In this document: piece by piece, positions 1 through 12,103 of the stretch
Layout: the number at the start of each line of letters is the position of its first letter
Position numbering within the stretch: the first letter of the stretch is position 1
Origin: Psammoneis japonica
Taxonomy: Eukaryota
Assembly (NCBI GenBank): GCA_008632985.1
Contig: QPGO01000285.1
Span: 53,471-73,470, forward strand
DNA length: 20,000 nucleotides
Reading direction: 5' to 3'
Notes under the pieces: generated by a model
The model's input: only the letters and a program-made list of their open reading frames with translations
Told to the model about the DNA's origin: nothing
The model's database searches: none
Position numbers and translations under genes: made by a program

Positions 1-3000
1 GCTTATGGGTCCCTGCTGGATTCGCATTCGCAATCCTCAACCCAACGGATCTCCGATGAGTTGGTGCAAGCTCGAAATGCAGGTGGACTGTCCCAAGCAT
101 CTTAATAGGCTCGATTTGGTCACCAAGGGTGTACCCCGTCCGCCTCCTCCTATGGTTACTGTTTCTTTCAAGCTCAAGACGATTGTTAATCCCAAGACGC
201 AAAAGTCGGAGATTGTATCCGTCAGCACCATTTGTCACAAGCAAGTTTCCTTGGAGACGGCTTCGGATGAATCGACGCGTCACATGACGCAGCTCTCTCT
301 CATTCGTCCTTTAGGTGGAGCTAGTGGTGGTGGCATTCCGCAATTCCCCCGTGACATAGACTCTGAGATTGCTACTTCCATTCCTCAGTTGCAACGTATG
401 CCCAACGAGAGAGCCTTGCTCAGTAGGCTCTTGGCGCAAATTGGAAACTGGGATCCCGACGTTTTAGTCGGACACAACGCGTGGGGATACGACATGGAGA
501 TTATTTTGTCTCGTTGTGCCGAGTTAAAAGTCCCTACGTGGAGTAAGATTGGAAGACGTCGCAGGATGCAGCTTCCGCATCGGTCGTCGTTTTCCAAGTC
601 CAAGGATTGGGCCATAGCTGATGCGGTGGCAGGGCGACTACTTTGTGATACATATTTGAGCGCTAAGGAATTGCTTCGTGAGACAACATACTCGCTCACC
701 AACCTGGCGGCTTCGCAACTCAAGATGGATCGCCAGGAGATTCAGCCGGTTGACGTCCCGCGGTGGTTTTCTTCGTCCAAACACATTTGCCACCTTGCCA
801 GTACCACCTTGTCCGACGCCCAGCTGGTGCAACGGCTTTTCTTCAAGTTACAGATTCTGCCTCTAACCAAACAGCTAACCAACATCGCTGGTAACTTGTG
901 GTCGCATACGATCAGAGGACGGCGTGCGGAGCGTAACGAGTATCTGTTGCTACATGAGTTTCATGAGCTCAAGTTCATTGCTCCAGAAAAGAAGAAATCC
1001 AAGCAGGATGCAACGTCGAAGAAGGCTAAATACAGCGGTGGTCTGGTGTTGGAACCAAAGAAGGGTCTCTACAATTCGTTTATTCTCTTGTTGGATTTTA
1101 ACAGCCTCTACCCCTCCATTATTCAGGAATACAACTTGTGCTTTACCACCATGGATTGGTCCAAGTATACAGATGGAGATGGCTCTTCGTTACCTCCGGT
1201 TCCGGATGATAGCTTGGATCGAGGGGTTCTTCCGCGGGTTATTAAGACTCTTGTCGAACGCCGACGTGGTGTCAAGAATATGCTCAAGAAAGAAGAAAAT
1301 GCGGAGAAGAAGCAAGAGGTAAGGCATTATTGGCTTGAGCGTGATTTGCCTGTCCTTTCGACAATGTCTTATTATTGCGTTTTCTGTCTCTGCAGCTGAA
1401 CATCCGTCAGCAAGCTCTCAAGTTGACTGCCAACTCCATGTACGGATGCCTTGGTTTTTCTAATTCTCGCTTTTACGCTCAGCCGATTGCCGCACTCGTC
1501 ACAGCCATGGGACGTGAAACTCTTCAGCGTACGGTGGATGTCGCACAAGACACTGTCGGTCTTGAAGTGATTTACGGCGACACGGACAGTATTATGATCA
1601 ACACTCGGATCTTGGATGCGTCGAAGGTGGACGAGGTCAACAAGCTTGGAGACAAGGTCAAGAGGGAGGTTAACAAACTCTATCGAAGCATTGAGTTGGA
1701 TATTGATGGCATTTTTCGCAAGATGCTGTTGCTTAAGAAGAAAAAGTATGCTGCGGTTACTGTGACGCAAAAGCCCAACGGAGAATACGAGTACTCCCAA
1801 GAGGAGAAGGGTCTCGATTTGGTGCGAAGGGACTGGTGCATTCAGTCGAAGGATACGGGACGTTACGTGTTGAGTCAGATCCTCTCGGACGAAGACGGCG
1901 AAGAAGTTGTAACGAAAATTCACGAGCATCTTGAAGGCGTCGCTGCAAAAATGAGGAATGGCGAGCTACCGCTTAAAAAGTACGAGATTACCAAGGGACT
2001 GAGCAAGCATCCAAATGATTACCCCGACGGTAAATCTCAGCCTCACGTCATTGTGGCCAAGGCGATGTTAAAGAACAACCGGCCTGTCAATACGGGAGAC
2101 CACATTCCCTATGTCATCACGGCTGCAAACGAAGATTCATCGTCAGACCAGCCCACGACAAAGACCTCGGCTGCTGAACGCGCGCGTCACCCTGAAGAAA
2201 TCGAACGTAGCAACGGGGCCCTAAAACCAGACGTCGAGTGGTATCTTGGCCAGCAGATTCTCCCTCCTATTGCTCGCCTCTGTGAGCCTATTGCCGGGAC
2301 CTCGCAAAGTATTCTCGCTGAGAAACTAGGGTTGGACTCGACCAAATATTCAAGTGTTATCCACTCTGGTGGAACCGAAGTGGACGACGAGGATCTGGTG
2401 GATTACACCCCGGCGTCGAGTCTACCCGACGAGGAGCGGTTCAAGAATGTTGAGAGGCTTATGCTTACCTGCTCGGCTTGCAATGTGAAGAGCGAGTTTC
2501 CAGGAGTGTTTTTGCCTCCAAAGACGCCACTACTGGATCCACTACGCTCGTTTCGGGATTGCGCTGTGTGAACCCCGACTGTCCTCACCCTGAGTTTTGG
2601 GGTAAACCCAGTCATGTCGATTGCTTGGCTCGGGTTTCCAACGCCGTTTCCATGTTGGTCCATCGTCGTATGAGACAGTACTACCTGGGCGAGATTCGTT
2701 GCGAAGACCCCTCCTGCGGTCTTGTCACCCGCCAGCTCTCTGTTGTCGGTGAGCAGTGTATGAGTCGAGGTTGCACGGCTTCCATGCACCCTGTGTACAG
2801 TGAGCGTGCGATGCACGACCAGCTCAAGTACCTGGACGCTCTGTTTGATGTTAATCACGTTTGTGAGAAACTCGAACAAAAGAAGTTCGGCACCAAGAAG
2901 GATCTGCTCAGGGACATTTCCAAGAATGACAGGACCACGTGGGAGGAGCTCCGTGAGGGCGCCAACAAGTATCTACAGGGTAGCGCTTATAACTGGATTG

Positions 3001-3047
3001 AAGCCTCCTTGTGGACAACGTTGTTTGGCAGTAGTAGCCCGAGGTAA
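1..3047 (+). CDS. POLA1: DNA polymerase alpha catalytic subunit (family B), 5'-truncated by the window; intron 1319-1395; apparent 1-nt frameshift in T-run 2509-2513
   Basis: Family B motifs [53 protein letters not shown] and [11 protein letters not shown], plus Pol-alpha-type DPDVLVGHN and C-terminal Cys clusters (CSAC..CVNPDC; CEDPSC..CMSRGC). The intron GAG|GTAAGG...CTGCAG|CTG (77 bp) joins ORF 5-1318 in frame to 1396. The C-terminal zinc domain continues in ORF 2478-3047. Confidence 0.96.
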
Positions 3048-3106
3048 AGCAGTAAGCGCGTGTGGGGCGTTGCCGTAATTTAAACCTTGTAGTATTTCAT
3101 GGACTA

Positions 3107-4572
3107 CTATTTTAAGTATCCTATTACTGTCCTTTCCGCACTTCTATTACTGAAGAGGTGCATAACTTCGATTCCATAAGCGTGAGGTCGCAAACTCCCA
3201 CGACTTTATTCGTTTGCGAGTCAAAAGATTCCTTTGAGTGCCCGACAACGCACTTGAGAGTCAGGACAAAGAGCGCATTTCGATTCAACAACGCCTTGGC
3301 TTGGAGCATGAGCTTGGCCTGGTTATCCATATCCTTGAGGCACATGTCACTGACGAAAACATCAATGCCGAGCCATTATTGGAGGTGTTTTCTGCTTGTT
3401 TCTCAAGGTGAAGAATTGCATCACACGTTTTCATTCTCAAGTGAGTGACATTCGCGTGGCTGCGAACTTGTTCGTCCAATACGGCAGGATCAATGGCGTA
3501 CACGTGTGAGCAGCCATTTTGTACAAGGAATCGAGTCCATCCACCCGGTGATGCTCCACAGTCCATTGCAACTTTCCCATGAAGCGACGCTACAGAGTAT
3601 CGATTGAATGCCTCCTGCAACTTGAAGTAAGCTCTCGAGACTCTGTCCTTGTTTATTTTGCCTTTCTCAATCACGAGGCCAGAATAGGTCTCAGCGCTGG
3701 ACAATCCCAGTAGAAAATAGTCATTATCAATTTGTACAAATGAGAAAACATGCGTAAAGCCAGTTGGGGCCAGTGTAATCTGTAGCTTGTTGCGTTCAGA
3801 GTACTGGCACAATCTCTCTGCGACGATCGGTTTTAATCTTGGTGGGCATGTTACGACTCGCAGAATTTTCTTGGCGGGATGCGGAGAATGGGCGAACGGG
3901 GCTTGTCGAAACAGGTCATCCAGAGCCGCTTCCGGCAAGCGTATTTCATCGTCACAGAACAACTTGGGACTCAAAGAGAAACTTGATTCAAGGCAGGCTT
4001 TAAAATAGTATCCTGAGCGAGCCTGGATGCATACATAACAAGATCGTTTGTATTTTCTACCAAAGATGGCTCCAGAAATAAAAGAGAGGTGACTCGTTTC
4101 TTGCCAAACGCCAAGGAACCAATCTCCGACAAGTTGAAGTTTCGCTTTTGCTCGGTAATGTAGCTTTGTAATCGAGACAAGTGAGAGGTATTGCACTGAA
4201 CAACCACCACGTATGGTATGCGCTTATTGTCCAAAGACAAGTGTGTAAGCCTGTGTTGGATTTCTCAAAGTCCCTCTCTGCTTTGGTCTTTTGCTTTTTC
4301 GGAGGAACGGGAACGGGTCTTTCGTATGCGTAGCCAACCTTGTACTTCGTCGAAGTCGAGTTGTTGTTTGCTTTCCACGCTTCCTGCGCCGATTCGTTTG
4401 TTTCAAAAGTCACAAAGGCGAACTTATTTTGCACAATGACAATGCTCTTGAGAGAACCATAGACACCAAACTCTTGCTTGAGTTCTTCTTCTGTGATTGA
4501 TTCGCTTAGGTTTCCAACAAACAAGCGATTCGAGTTCTCCATACTATAGTCGCTCAACTCCACGTTAGCCAT
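3107..4572 (-). CDS. RRM-domain plus RlmM/FtsJ-like SAM-dependent RNA methyltransferase, interrupted by about 4 frameshifts (assembly errors or pseudogene)
   Basis: N-terminal RRM (RLFVGNL ... KFAFVTF). Methyltransferase motifs VSRAYFKLQEA, AMDCGASPGGWT, VYAIDP, FVSDMC and FVLTLK. C-terminal HLFSNRSAERTVIGYLK* ends at TAG 3109-3107. Segments sit in different frames, switching near 4245, 3980, 3385 and 3200, with no room for introns. Confidence 0.8.
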
Positions 4573-5129
4573 ATGCTGAAGACCGTGTACGAGTCGCTAT
4601 GTTCTAGATCCAATACAGAAACTCCTCTGTGAATGAGAGATTGATGAATCGCAATAAAAAGTAAGCATGAAGCAGCGACATTACAGGCACGCAGAAGCAC
4701 GCCGCAATCACGGCCCACGCGCGTTGCATATAACATACCGTCATCTGTATGGCTCTCTAGAACGTGCTATTTTCTTTCGTTGTCTCTACTTTTCTTGCAT
4801 AAGGAGCCATTATTGGTGAAAAGACACGCATTGAGATGCATTATAATATCATTCCGTGAGTTGCATCGGTGTTCAGCCACTCTCAAATCGCCATCGTCAT
4901 GCCGACAAGCCCGCAACAGCGCGGTGATATGGGTGTTTGATATTTATATCTTAAAATATGAATATAATCATTAACAGATTCATCATCACAAAAACTCTCC
5001 ATGACATCCCTCCCGCTAAACTCGACACGATGTTTCTTGTTTTAATCATTCAACGACGGAATTGTTGACGCAGACGCCATACCGTTACTCTAAGGTGTAG
5101 AGGAATCACTTGTTACGGAAAATCAGCAC

Positions 5130-6503
5130 ATGTCGCTCTTGTTCCACAAGCCAAACACAACAGAAAACGGACGAGGGCAAAGAATGTTTTGCCTCATCAG
5201 GTTGATTCTGTCGATTGTCCTTTTACTGTTGGTTGCTACATCCTGGCGTCAACTTCACTTTGCATCTGCAACAAACGACAAGGGATCGCCTTTCTTTTCA
5301 TTGTCGCGATGGGGTTTTCGACGAGCGCCCTCGTCGTCGTCGTGGTCATCACTCTTGACGTTGGATCCATCCAAGATTTTACCCACGCTGGTGAAGCACG
5401 GGGGTTTGCTCGTTCCGGATTACATTGAAAAAGATCTAGAGTCATTGGCTCAAGTCTGTCATGTCGAAGCATCGAGTCTTGATGTCGCAAATCGAAAGCT
5501 TGAACTAGTGAATTTCACCGTGGCTCTCTCAAACGAAACTCAACAACAAGAGGATTACAATGCTGCGCTGAGAATCGGTCGAGTTTACATTGAGTGGGAT
5601 TCCTATCTGCGTCCCTGTGTCAATATTCAAGTAGAGCAAGTTGAGATTCTTCTTGAATTTACCAATTTTCTTCTCACAAGAAACAATTGGTGAGTCTGCT
5701 ATGTACGGTATTTGCGTTGAGATGTGCGGAAGATTGTTCATGACGCATAACAGTACCAACAGGGATTTTTTGTTTTTGTTTATATCCACCTTAGGCACGA
5801 ATTGAACGATGCTGGGTTTCCTCCCCGTCTGCTCTTGGAGAGTAGTGGTACTAGCGACAGTGACGCGCCGAGTAGCACCTTTGTTCGGTTTAGCAATGTG
5901 GAATTTCTTGGCAATGTCGTGGTACGCATTCAATCACGCCCGTTGGACCATAAACCATTGACCAACGACATCATGTTTGACTTTGCTACACTCAAGGATT
6001 TGACTTTGGAGATTCAAGCATTGGCGGAATCCAACAAGAGCAATAATAATGCAGACGAAAGACCCGGTTGCACCACGGATGAACTGTACAACCTGACGGT
6101 TGACTGGTTCATGCGAAAATTGGAGGGCGTCCTACAAAAGATTCTTTTAGAGTTTGCGTTTGCTCCAGAAGGTGGCATTAAGAGTGCTAGGCGACAAGTA
6201 CAAGAGCATCGACAACAGCTTGCAAAAAATGCTCGTTCCATGCTGAAGGAGTATGCAACGAGTGCCGGAAACAAGATATTGCAAGACCACGAAGGCTCCT
6301 TCTCAAGATTGAAAGACCTCGTGCCAAAAGAACATTTAGACCACCTGGAACAGGTGTCAAAGAAACAGCTAGATCGAGTAGCAGACGGTAGCTTGTTCAA
6401 CAAAATCCTGAAGAAGGCGTTTGATAAGAAGGACAAACCACCGATTGGAGTGGACGAGGATACATATGAGTTCCCAGAAGACATTATGTTTCCCGATCTG
6501 TAA
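5130..6503 (+). CDS. Hypothetical protein (~422 aa) with N-terminal hydrophobic anchor; two exons (5130-5689, 5795-6503)
   Basis: Intron TG|GTGAGT ... TTAG|G (5690-5794) with a T-rich tract joins the two ORFs in frame (..TRNNW-HELNDAGFPP..). Hydrophobic segment LIRLILSIVLLLLVA. Confidence 0.8.
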
Positions 6504-6569
6504 CACACTATGTTTCATAATAAAGAGCTATTGCGTTTTCGATGCTGACGATCGACGATGAGTCCACAT

Positions 6570-6862
6570 CTACTAGGTACCGGTACCGGTAGAGCATTGT
6601 GATTGAGCACAACATAACACGCTCGCTACCGGTACTTACTTCTAGCTACTGTAGAAGTAGCTACTCTCTACTACTCTCTCTAGAGCTCTAGCTAGTAGAC
6701 CACTCTAGTAGAGAGCTAGAGAGAGCTCTAGCTAGCTACTCCTACTAGCTAGAGTATGTCCATCCCCCTTGTCCTCCCGTCCGTCCGTCCGTCTCATGCC
6801 AATGCAGAGATGAACGCGAGGAGGGATAGGAGGAGTCGTCGTCGTCAGTAGACTAGTCTACC
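6570..6862. repeat. Low-complexity CTAG/TAC/AGAG tract with short palindromes
   Basis: GGTACCGGTACCGGTAG, repeated CTAG/GCTAGC/AGAGCTCT, GTCC x3-4, GTC x4, and the perfect palindrome GTAGACTAGTCTAC (6848-6861). Lies between convergent genes. Confidence 0.75.
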
Positions 6863-7087
6863 AAAAGATCTCTTGCCCATTCTGGGATTTTGACATCTCT
6901 CGTATCATAAGCTATAGAATCATCGTACTGGTATTCATTATCACGATCTGTATTTTTAAACTTCTATCCTAAATGAAGGTTTTGACATGGACAAACCGCT
7001 GATTTAGCATCCAAGATTCCAACGATCTCATGTTAACCAATCTTTAAACTTGATTGGTTGTCTAATGAAGCAACTTGTTATTCGTGA

Positions 7088-8773
7088 TCATGATCCGTAT
7101 ATCCAACTTATGCACGCCATGGAGAGGAATATCACAGAAACAACCCCAACCGCAATAAAGATACTGGGGTGATCCACGTCTTCGTGGTGGCCACAATAAA
7201 ACAACCTGCACGGCATGCTTCGTGAATCCGAAATCTCTGAAAGCACTCGTTTGTAGAGGTCATCCTGGACCGTCAAAACATATCTAGCCTCGGAGGGTGC
7301 CTGGTTCTTTTGCCGACACGCAGCACAGTTGTCGCAGTTGCAGTTGCACGCACAACCACCAAAGTAGTTCACTTCTTCATCCATTAGATACTCGGAAAAG
7401 TCATCGTATTCATCAAGGTAGTCTGATCTGAAAATCATTCCTGACTCCAATTCCGAGTCCATCAACAACTGGACCTTGTCGGTTGGTGCATGAAAAAGAA
7501 CTTTTCCAGTTTTTGTCACGCCACGAAACAAGGTGCTTCTCCTGACATCCGACACGACAGATGTAACCGATACGGTCGACAGCATGGACGAGAGACTCAG
7601 TTCCGATCCAGTTCGTTGAAGTGGTAATGGTCCGCTTTGTCCGTCACCGGAAGAAAAGGATCTGGCCCGTGTCGCCAGCGGTGGACGTGCGCTTCGTGTT
7701 GCGCCACCAACACGTTTTCGTTCCGAGGAAAAGGGTGATTTGTGTACTGGCGGCAATCCTTCGGAAGAAAAGGTACGGCGATGATGTCCACTAGCTGATG
7801 GACGAGTGTCTGATCCGTAGGAGCTGATTCGACGGTGTCCACCTATTGGACGCCCACCCAAAGAATTGTTTCTACGATGATGACCAAGAGATCCTGTGCG
7901 TTTGTGACTTGACCTAGGACGCGGTGGTGTCGTTGAACTAGCCATCACGCCATCTCTGTCTTGTGGTTCCGCTTCTTGAGAACGTGACAATAGCGGTGTC
8001 CTCTGGGTGCTGTCTGTAGCAGAATGGACGCGTCGATGATTCCTGGATAACAAACTTGGACGTGGTAATGTCAAAGATGGGGAACTTGGTCGGGGTGGTG
8101 GTTTTGCGGCTACTGCTTCGGTTGATACATAACCAGAATTACTCGGTGATTTTGTGTTGCCGGAGGAATATATCTGACTTAATTGGTGCTGATCATGTTG
8201 AGGTGGAGTTTTGTATATAGAGGATCGTGGGCTTGACCGGTGACCCGTGCTTCCAGTTGACTTGCGACGAGAGCTTCGGGTACTGCTCGGCGGAGGAGGA
8301 GTCCTCGCTGTTGAACCATAGCCAGTGTGTTGTACTTCGTCTTTTGAGGGAGAGAGAAGCGGATGCCCAGGTTCGCTCCAGGTAATTACTCCCGGAGCAC
8401 CATGGCCATTGGCGGGAGAAAGACCCCCGTAACCATAGTCATAAGCATTTTCCTGAGGTGGCGGTGGTGGTGGAGGCGGCGGCGGTAGTGTGTTTGACCA
8501 CGAAACGTGCTGCACATGATGAGGTTGGTATTGATTTGATGGAGTCACGCTGGGGTCAAAGAAAGGAATAATCTCATCATCCGAAGCAGATCTGTATCGG
8601 TCTTGAGGAGGCGTTCCTCCGTAACCGAGATTAGAATGTTGCTCTGCTACAGAACTATGTGATTGTCGATACATGAGTTGTTGGTCCTCCCATGCAAGCT
8701 GCTCTTCTCCAGTTGAAAAGCGACGATCCTGGTTCAGATCATGGCCCAACTCAGCACTTGACTGCTGCGTCAT
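7088..8773 (-). CDS. Hypothetical 561-aa protein: long disordered Ser/Pro/Arg-rich region, Cys-rich motif, C-terminal transmembrane helix
   Basis: Single long ATG-initiated ORF with poly-Pro and RxxS-type repeats, CACNCNCDNCAAC, and terminal hydrophobic helix IFIAVGVVSVIFLSMACISWI. Confidence 0.85.
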   Translation of the reverse strand: MTQQSSAELGHDLNQDRRFSTGEEQLAWEDQQLMYRQSHSSVAEQHSNLGYGGTPPQDRYRSASDDEIIPFFDPSVTPSNQYQPHHVQHVSWSNTLPPPPPPPPPPQENAYDYGYGGLSPANGHGAPGVITWSEPGHPLLSPSKDEVQHTGYGSTARTPPPPSSTRSSRRKSTGSTGHRSSPRSSIYKTPPQHDQHQLSQIYSSGNTKSPSNSGYVSTEAVAAKPPPRPSSPSLTLPRPSLLSRNHRRVHSATDSTQRTPLLSRSQEAEPQDRDGVMASSTTPPRPRSSHKRTGSLGHHRRNNSLGGRPIGGHRRISSYGSDTRPSASGHHRRTFSSEGLPPVHKSPFSSERKRVGGATRSARPPLATRARSFSSGDGQSGPLPLQRTGSELSLSSMLSTVSVTSVVSDVRRSTLFRGVTKTGKVLFHAPTDKVQLLMDSELESGMIFRSDYLDEYDDFSEYLMDEEVNYFGGCACNCNCDNCAACRQKNQAPSEARYVLTVQDDLYKRVLSEISDSRSMPCRLFYCGHHEDVDHPSIFIAVGVVSVIFLSMACISWIYGS

Positions 8774-9308
8774 ATTATGAACAACGAGGCAATCAAAACT
8801 GACCTAAGTTAACGCCATTGTGGGTAGTGACGTCGTCGTAACGTCTTGTACCGGTAGGCATGGCGGCGCTTTCAGCGACGCCGCATTGAACATCGAGAAC
8901 GCATGCGGCGGAGTGCCCCTCTTATTTTGTGAGGCGTGACACAACATTACATTCATCTTCGTCGACATATCTTCTAATTATATCTTTCATACTATACCAT
9001 TCTTAAAATATGACATAACTTAATGATAGCTTAGAGCACAAATACAATTTATTCATTTCAACGTCGCATGGGAGTTATCTCGTAGAATTAATACCATTCG
9101 CTAAACTACACAAATTGTCAGTACTGAAGCTACTTGCTATCGCAGACTGTGGCGCAAAGCGCTTTCCCGCCTTCCATTTTTCTCACCGCGATTCCATGCT
9201 CCATGCACTGAAACAGCAGGTATTGTTGTTTTGATTGTATTCCAAATTGTCACTGCAGTTTCCTTCCACTTTTTGTCTGTACACGTCGTTAAAGTTCATT
9301 ATACAACA

Positions 9309-9704
9309 ATGGGGAAAGGTTCGAACGTCCAGAAAGCGCAGGCAGCGAGAGAACGAAACCAGAAGAAACAAGGGAAAAGCGAAGAAGAACGCCGCGCCGC
9401 TTCCGACAAGGCAAATAAGGACAAGTCAGCATTTGTTTGTCTCTTGTGTCGCCAGACCTTTATGGTAAACGCACGTCCGCCCGTGTTGTACCTTCATGTT
9501 ACTTCCAAGCACCCCGCAGGCACCGATCCAGTGAGTTGCTTTCCGTCTCTAAAAGATTATGATCCCAACGACCCCAAAGGAGAGAAGAAAGCGGCAGCAG
9601 AAAAAGCAGGTGGGGCCGCCAAATCCAAAAAGAAAAAGAAGCAAGAGGATAATCTTGACGATTTGCTTGATGCGGGATTGAGTAAGGGCAAAAAGAAAAA
9701 ATAA
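9309..9704 (+). CDS. Small ZNF706/SERF(4F5)-like C2H2 zinc-finger protein (At2g23090-like), 131 aa
   Basis: ATG at 9309 gives MGKGSNVQKAQAARERNQKK (SERF/4F5-like N-terminus), followed by CLLCRQTF...LYLHVTSKHP...CFP and a Lys-rich tail. Confidence 0.88.
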   Translation: MGKGSNVQKAQAARERNQKKQGKSEEERRAASDKANKDKSAFVCLLCRQTFMVNARPPVLYLHVTSKHPAGTDPVSCFPSLKDYDPNDPKGEKKAAAEKAGGAAKSKKKKKQEDNLDDLLDAGLSKGKKKK

Positions 9705-11233
9705 GCAATGCTGGCGTTCATAGTAATGCTGAGCAGGACATTGACATTAGAAACCAAGATGAACGGAGAGACAGCAGAAATCAAAGCACCCATGCTGTTT
9801 GTCGTACCGTAACAGGTTTATTGATGATGATCAGTATAGACTTGCATGCTTCAATACTGCCTTTCCGTTCGATTTGTATCATTTCCTGTTTGTTTCGTGG
9901 GCCCGATGTTTGCTTGACTGATGTGTACCGTTAGGGTTTCTCAGTTTGTCGGAGGCAAGCGCAAAGGAAACATGAAATCTACTTTGTAGCCTAGTCGCAC
10001 CACCGTAGCTCTACAGACAAACTTTGTGACTGGACTAATATACCTTTGCGATTGACCACCGTCTTGGGTACAATGCACGGTGGGCATTCGCCCATGCTCA
10101 CCGCGAGGTTCCAGAAGATCTGTGTGATTCGTATGATGCCGTTACCTATTTGGGCGCGGATACCGAAGCCGGAGGGGTCGTTTAAACTTATCGTCGAGAT
10201 GCGGATATGCAACTTTTGGGAAAAGAGTGAAATCTAACCGACATGTCGGACTTCCTACGTCAATGTCCTCGTGCCCGGCGCGGCGGGTGCAAGCTCGCTG
10301 CCGTCATGGTCCGTCCAAGACAACTTTAAAGAAATCTTATAGGGATTTCCTGTCTTGCATAAGAGACTTGAGAGCCTAGCCCAAGTTCGGCCGACGGCAT
10401 AGCAGGTACCCGAGGCTTTTGTCTCTTGTTTCCTTTCTATGGTGTGTCGCTACCTAGTTTCCGTAGTTGGCGTTCGTGGTTGTCAAACCAAGAAATGCGG
10501 ATAAAGATGTGGAATCCAGCTAGTCAGACGGCGAATCATCGCAAAGTGAATCGTCGTAGTAGCCGTTGAAGAAAAGCATAGAAGGCATCGACGCATCAAC
10601 CCGGCAAATAATGACGGAAGTTACAGTAGTTTTCCTACGACGCCCTGCAAGGATGAAAGAGGCGATCATTTGCGCACGAAGAAATCATGACGTCGATCGG
10701 ATTGGGCATCACTGTTTTCTCGTTGTCCTTGCAACGAAGCAATCGTGCAAGAATGGAAATCCTCGGAAAAATTCTTTGATGCCACTGCAACCAGGGATCA
10801 ATATTGATTTAGAACGCATATGCATGAACGCTTGTACGTACTCTCGCATATCTCTTCTTTTCTCCTGAAATTGCCTTGACGTTTGGGTTCTCAAGGCGGA
10901 CTGGAGAATAAAATAGATTGACGTCCTTGCCATGTTGGACATTGCATTTTGCTTTGCTCGTTCTAGTACTTTGTCAACATCCTCCGATCTTATCAACAGC
11001 ATGCAGCATGCATGGTTCAAATGACTCGTTGCAAATGAACCAAAACCACGCACCGGATGGGGAACCAGCGGACTGGAAACAGAAGGCATGTCTTGCAAGG
11101 CAGCTGAATCGCAGCCATGGGCTCAAAGAGACGGATGGTGCTGGAACGATCAAAACTATTCGACTTGCTGTATGGAAACACAAACTCATCATCCCGTGAG
11201 TGCGTGTTACCTTAAATCTCAATTTTAAACGAA

Positions 11234-11683
11234 TCAACGCGATTTTCCTTTTTGATCAGAATGCCTTATTGTTGTCCAGGCCTTCGTCGCCTTCCAAGAC
11301 AACCAAATGCGCCCTGGAACGGTAATGGGCTTGAAGAACAACCTTCCAACCTTGGCCTCAACGTAAGACGAAGCAAAGCGTGCCGGATCCACTCCTCGCC
11401 CCTGAAACCAAGCAGACATCCAATTCGGAGAGCCTGATTTCTTTGTCGAAAGCTTCTGGAGCTCTTGTTGTACACGTGGGTGTTGGATAATGACGCTCGT
11501 AGGTCTTCTCCAAGAAACTGGTGCACTCGGAAGCGTCGGTTGCAGCTGATAGCATAGATACCATGTACTTCCAACGAGCAAGGCGGAAAGTGCGGTATGA
11601 ACGAGAACAAAAACCGAAATATCTCCCGCCGACAAATTGTGCTCTTGAACAAACGCCGTTGTATTTCCAAACATGCCCAGCAA
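11234..11683 (-). CDS. Hypothetical small membrane protein (possible distant FAM210/DUF1279-like); start uncertain
   Basis: 149-aa ORF with protein-like composition, hydrophobic segment ISVFVLVHTALSALLVGSTWYLCY and motif FASSYVEAKVGRLFFKPITVPGRIWL. The family assignment is only a resemblance. Confidence 0.55.
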   Translation of the reverse strand: MLGMFGNTTAFVQEHNLSAGDISVFVLVHTALSALLVGSTWYLCYQLQPTLPSAPVSWRRPTSVIIQHPRVQQELQKLSTKKSGSPNWMSAWFQGRGVDPARFASSYVEAKVGRLFFKPITVPGRIWLSWKATKAWTTIRHSDQKGKSR

Positions 11684-12103
11684 AAGAAAGTTGGGCCCTT
11701 GGAAAGGGATTTAATGAGAAATGAGAGAATGACGGGTTTTGGCAGGCAGGCAGGCACACAGCATGGATGATGTGATCACATTGGCGATAGCCGTTAGACC
11801 AAAAAAAACAAATGTTATACGTTGACAAGGGACTAAATCCCTTTTAGCCATCTCTTCATCACTGTTGATCCATGGCATGTGCAGCAGTAACCGCCACAAA
11901 CCGATTGCCGACTACCATGCTAAAGATTGTGGGCGCCACACCCCGGTTTCTGGGGCGATTGTCCCGGGTTTTCGTGCGCGATCTGTGCGCCATAACCTGC
12001 CGGCACGTTTGTACGAAAAAAGTAAGCGGCAGTGCAGCATTAAGCTCGACATGAAACGAACGTCGCTGCGACAACATCAAAAGACAAATTGAAGAAGAGC
12101 ATC

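Noticed and set aside
1372..2879. Antisense ORFs over POLA1 (and over other host genes)
   Set aside because: Shadow ORFs of real coding sequence on the opposite strand.
9990..11240. Several 60-130 aa ORFs on both strands
   Set aside because: No recognisable motifs or consistent splice pattern. I cannot support a gene call, though a frameshifted gene is not excluded.
11703..11844. 11-bp inverted repeat AAAGGGATTTA / TAAATCCCTTT and small hairpin AAGGGA-CTAAA-TCCCTT
   Set aside because: Short, with no target duplication and no counterpart at the far end of the island. Could be chance.
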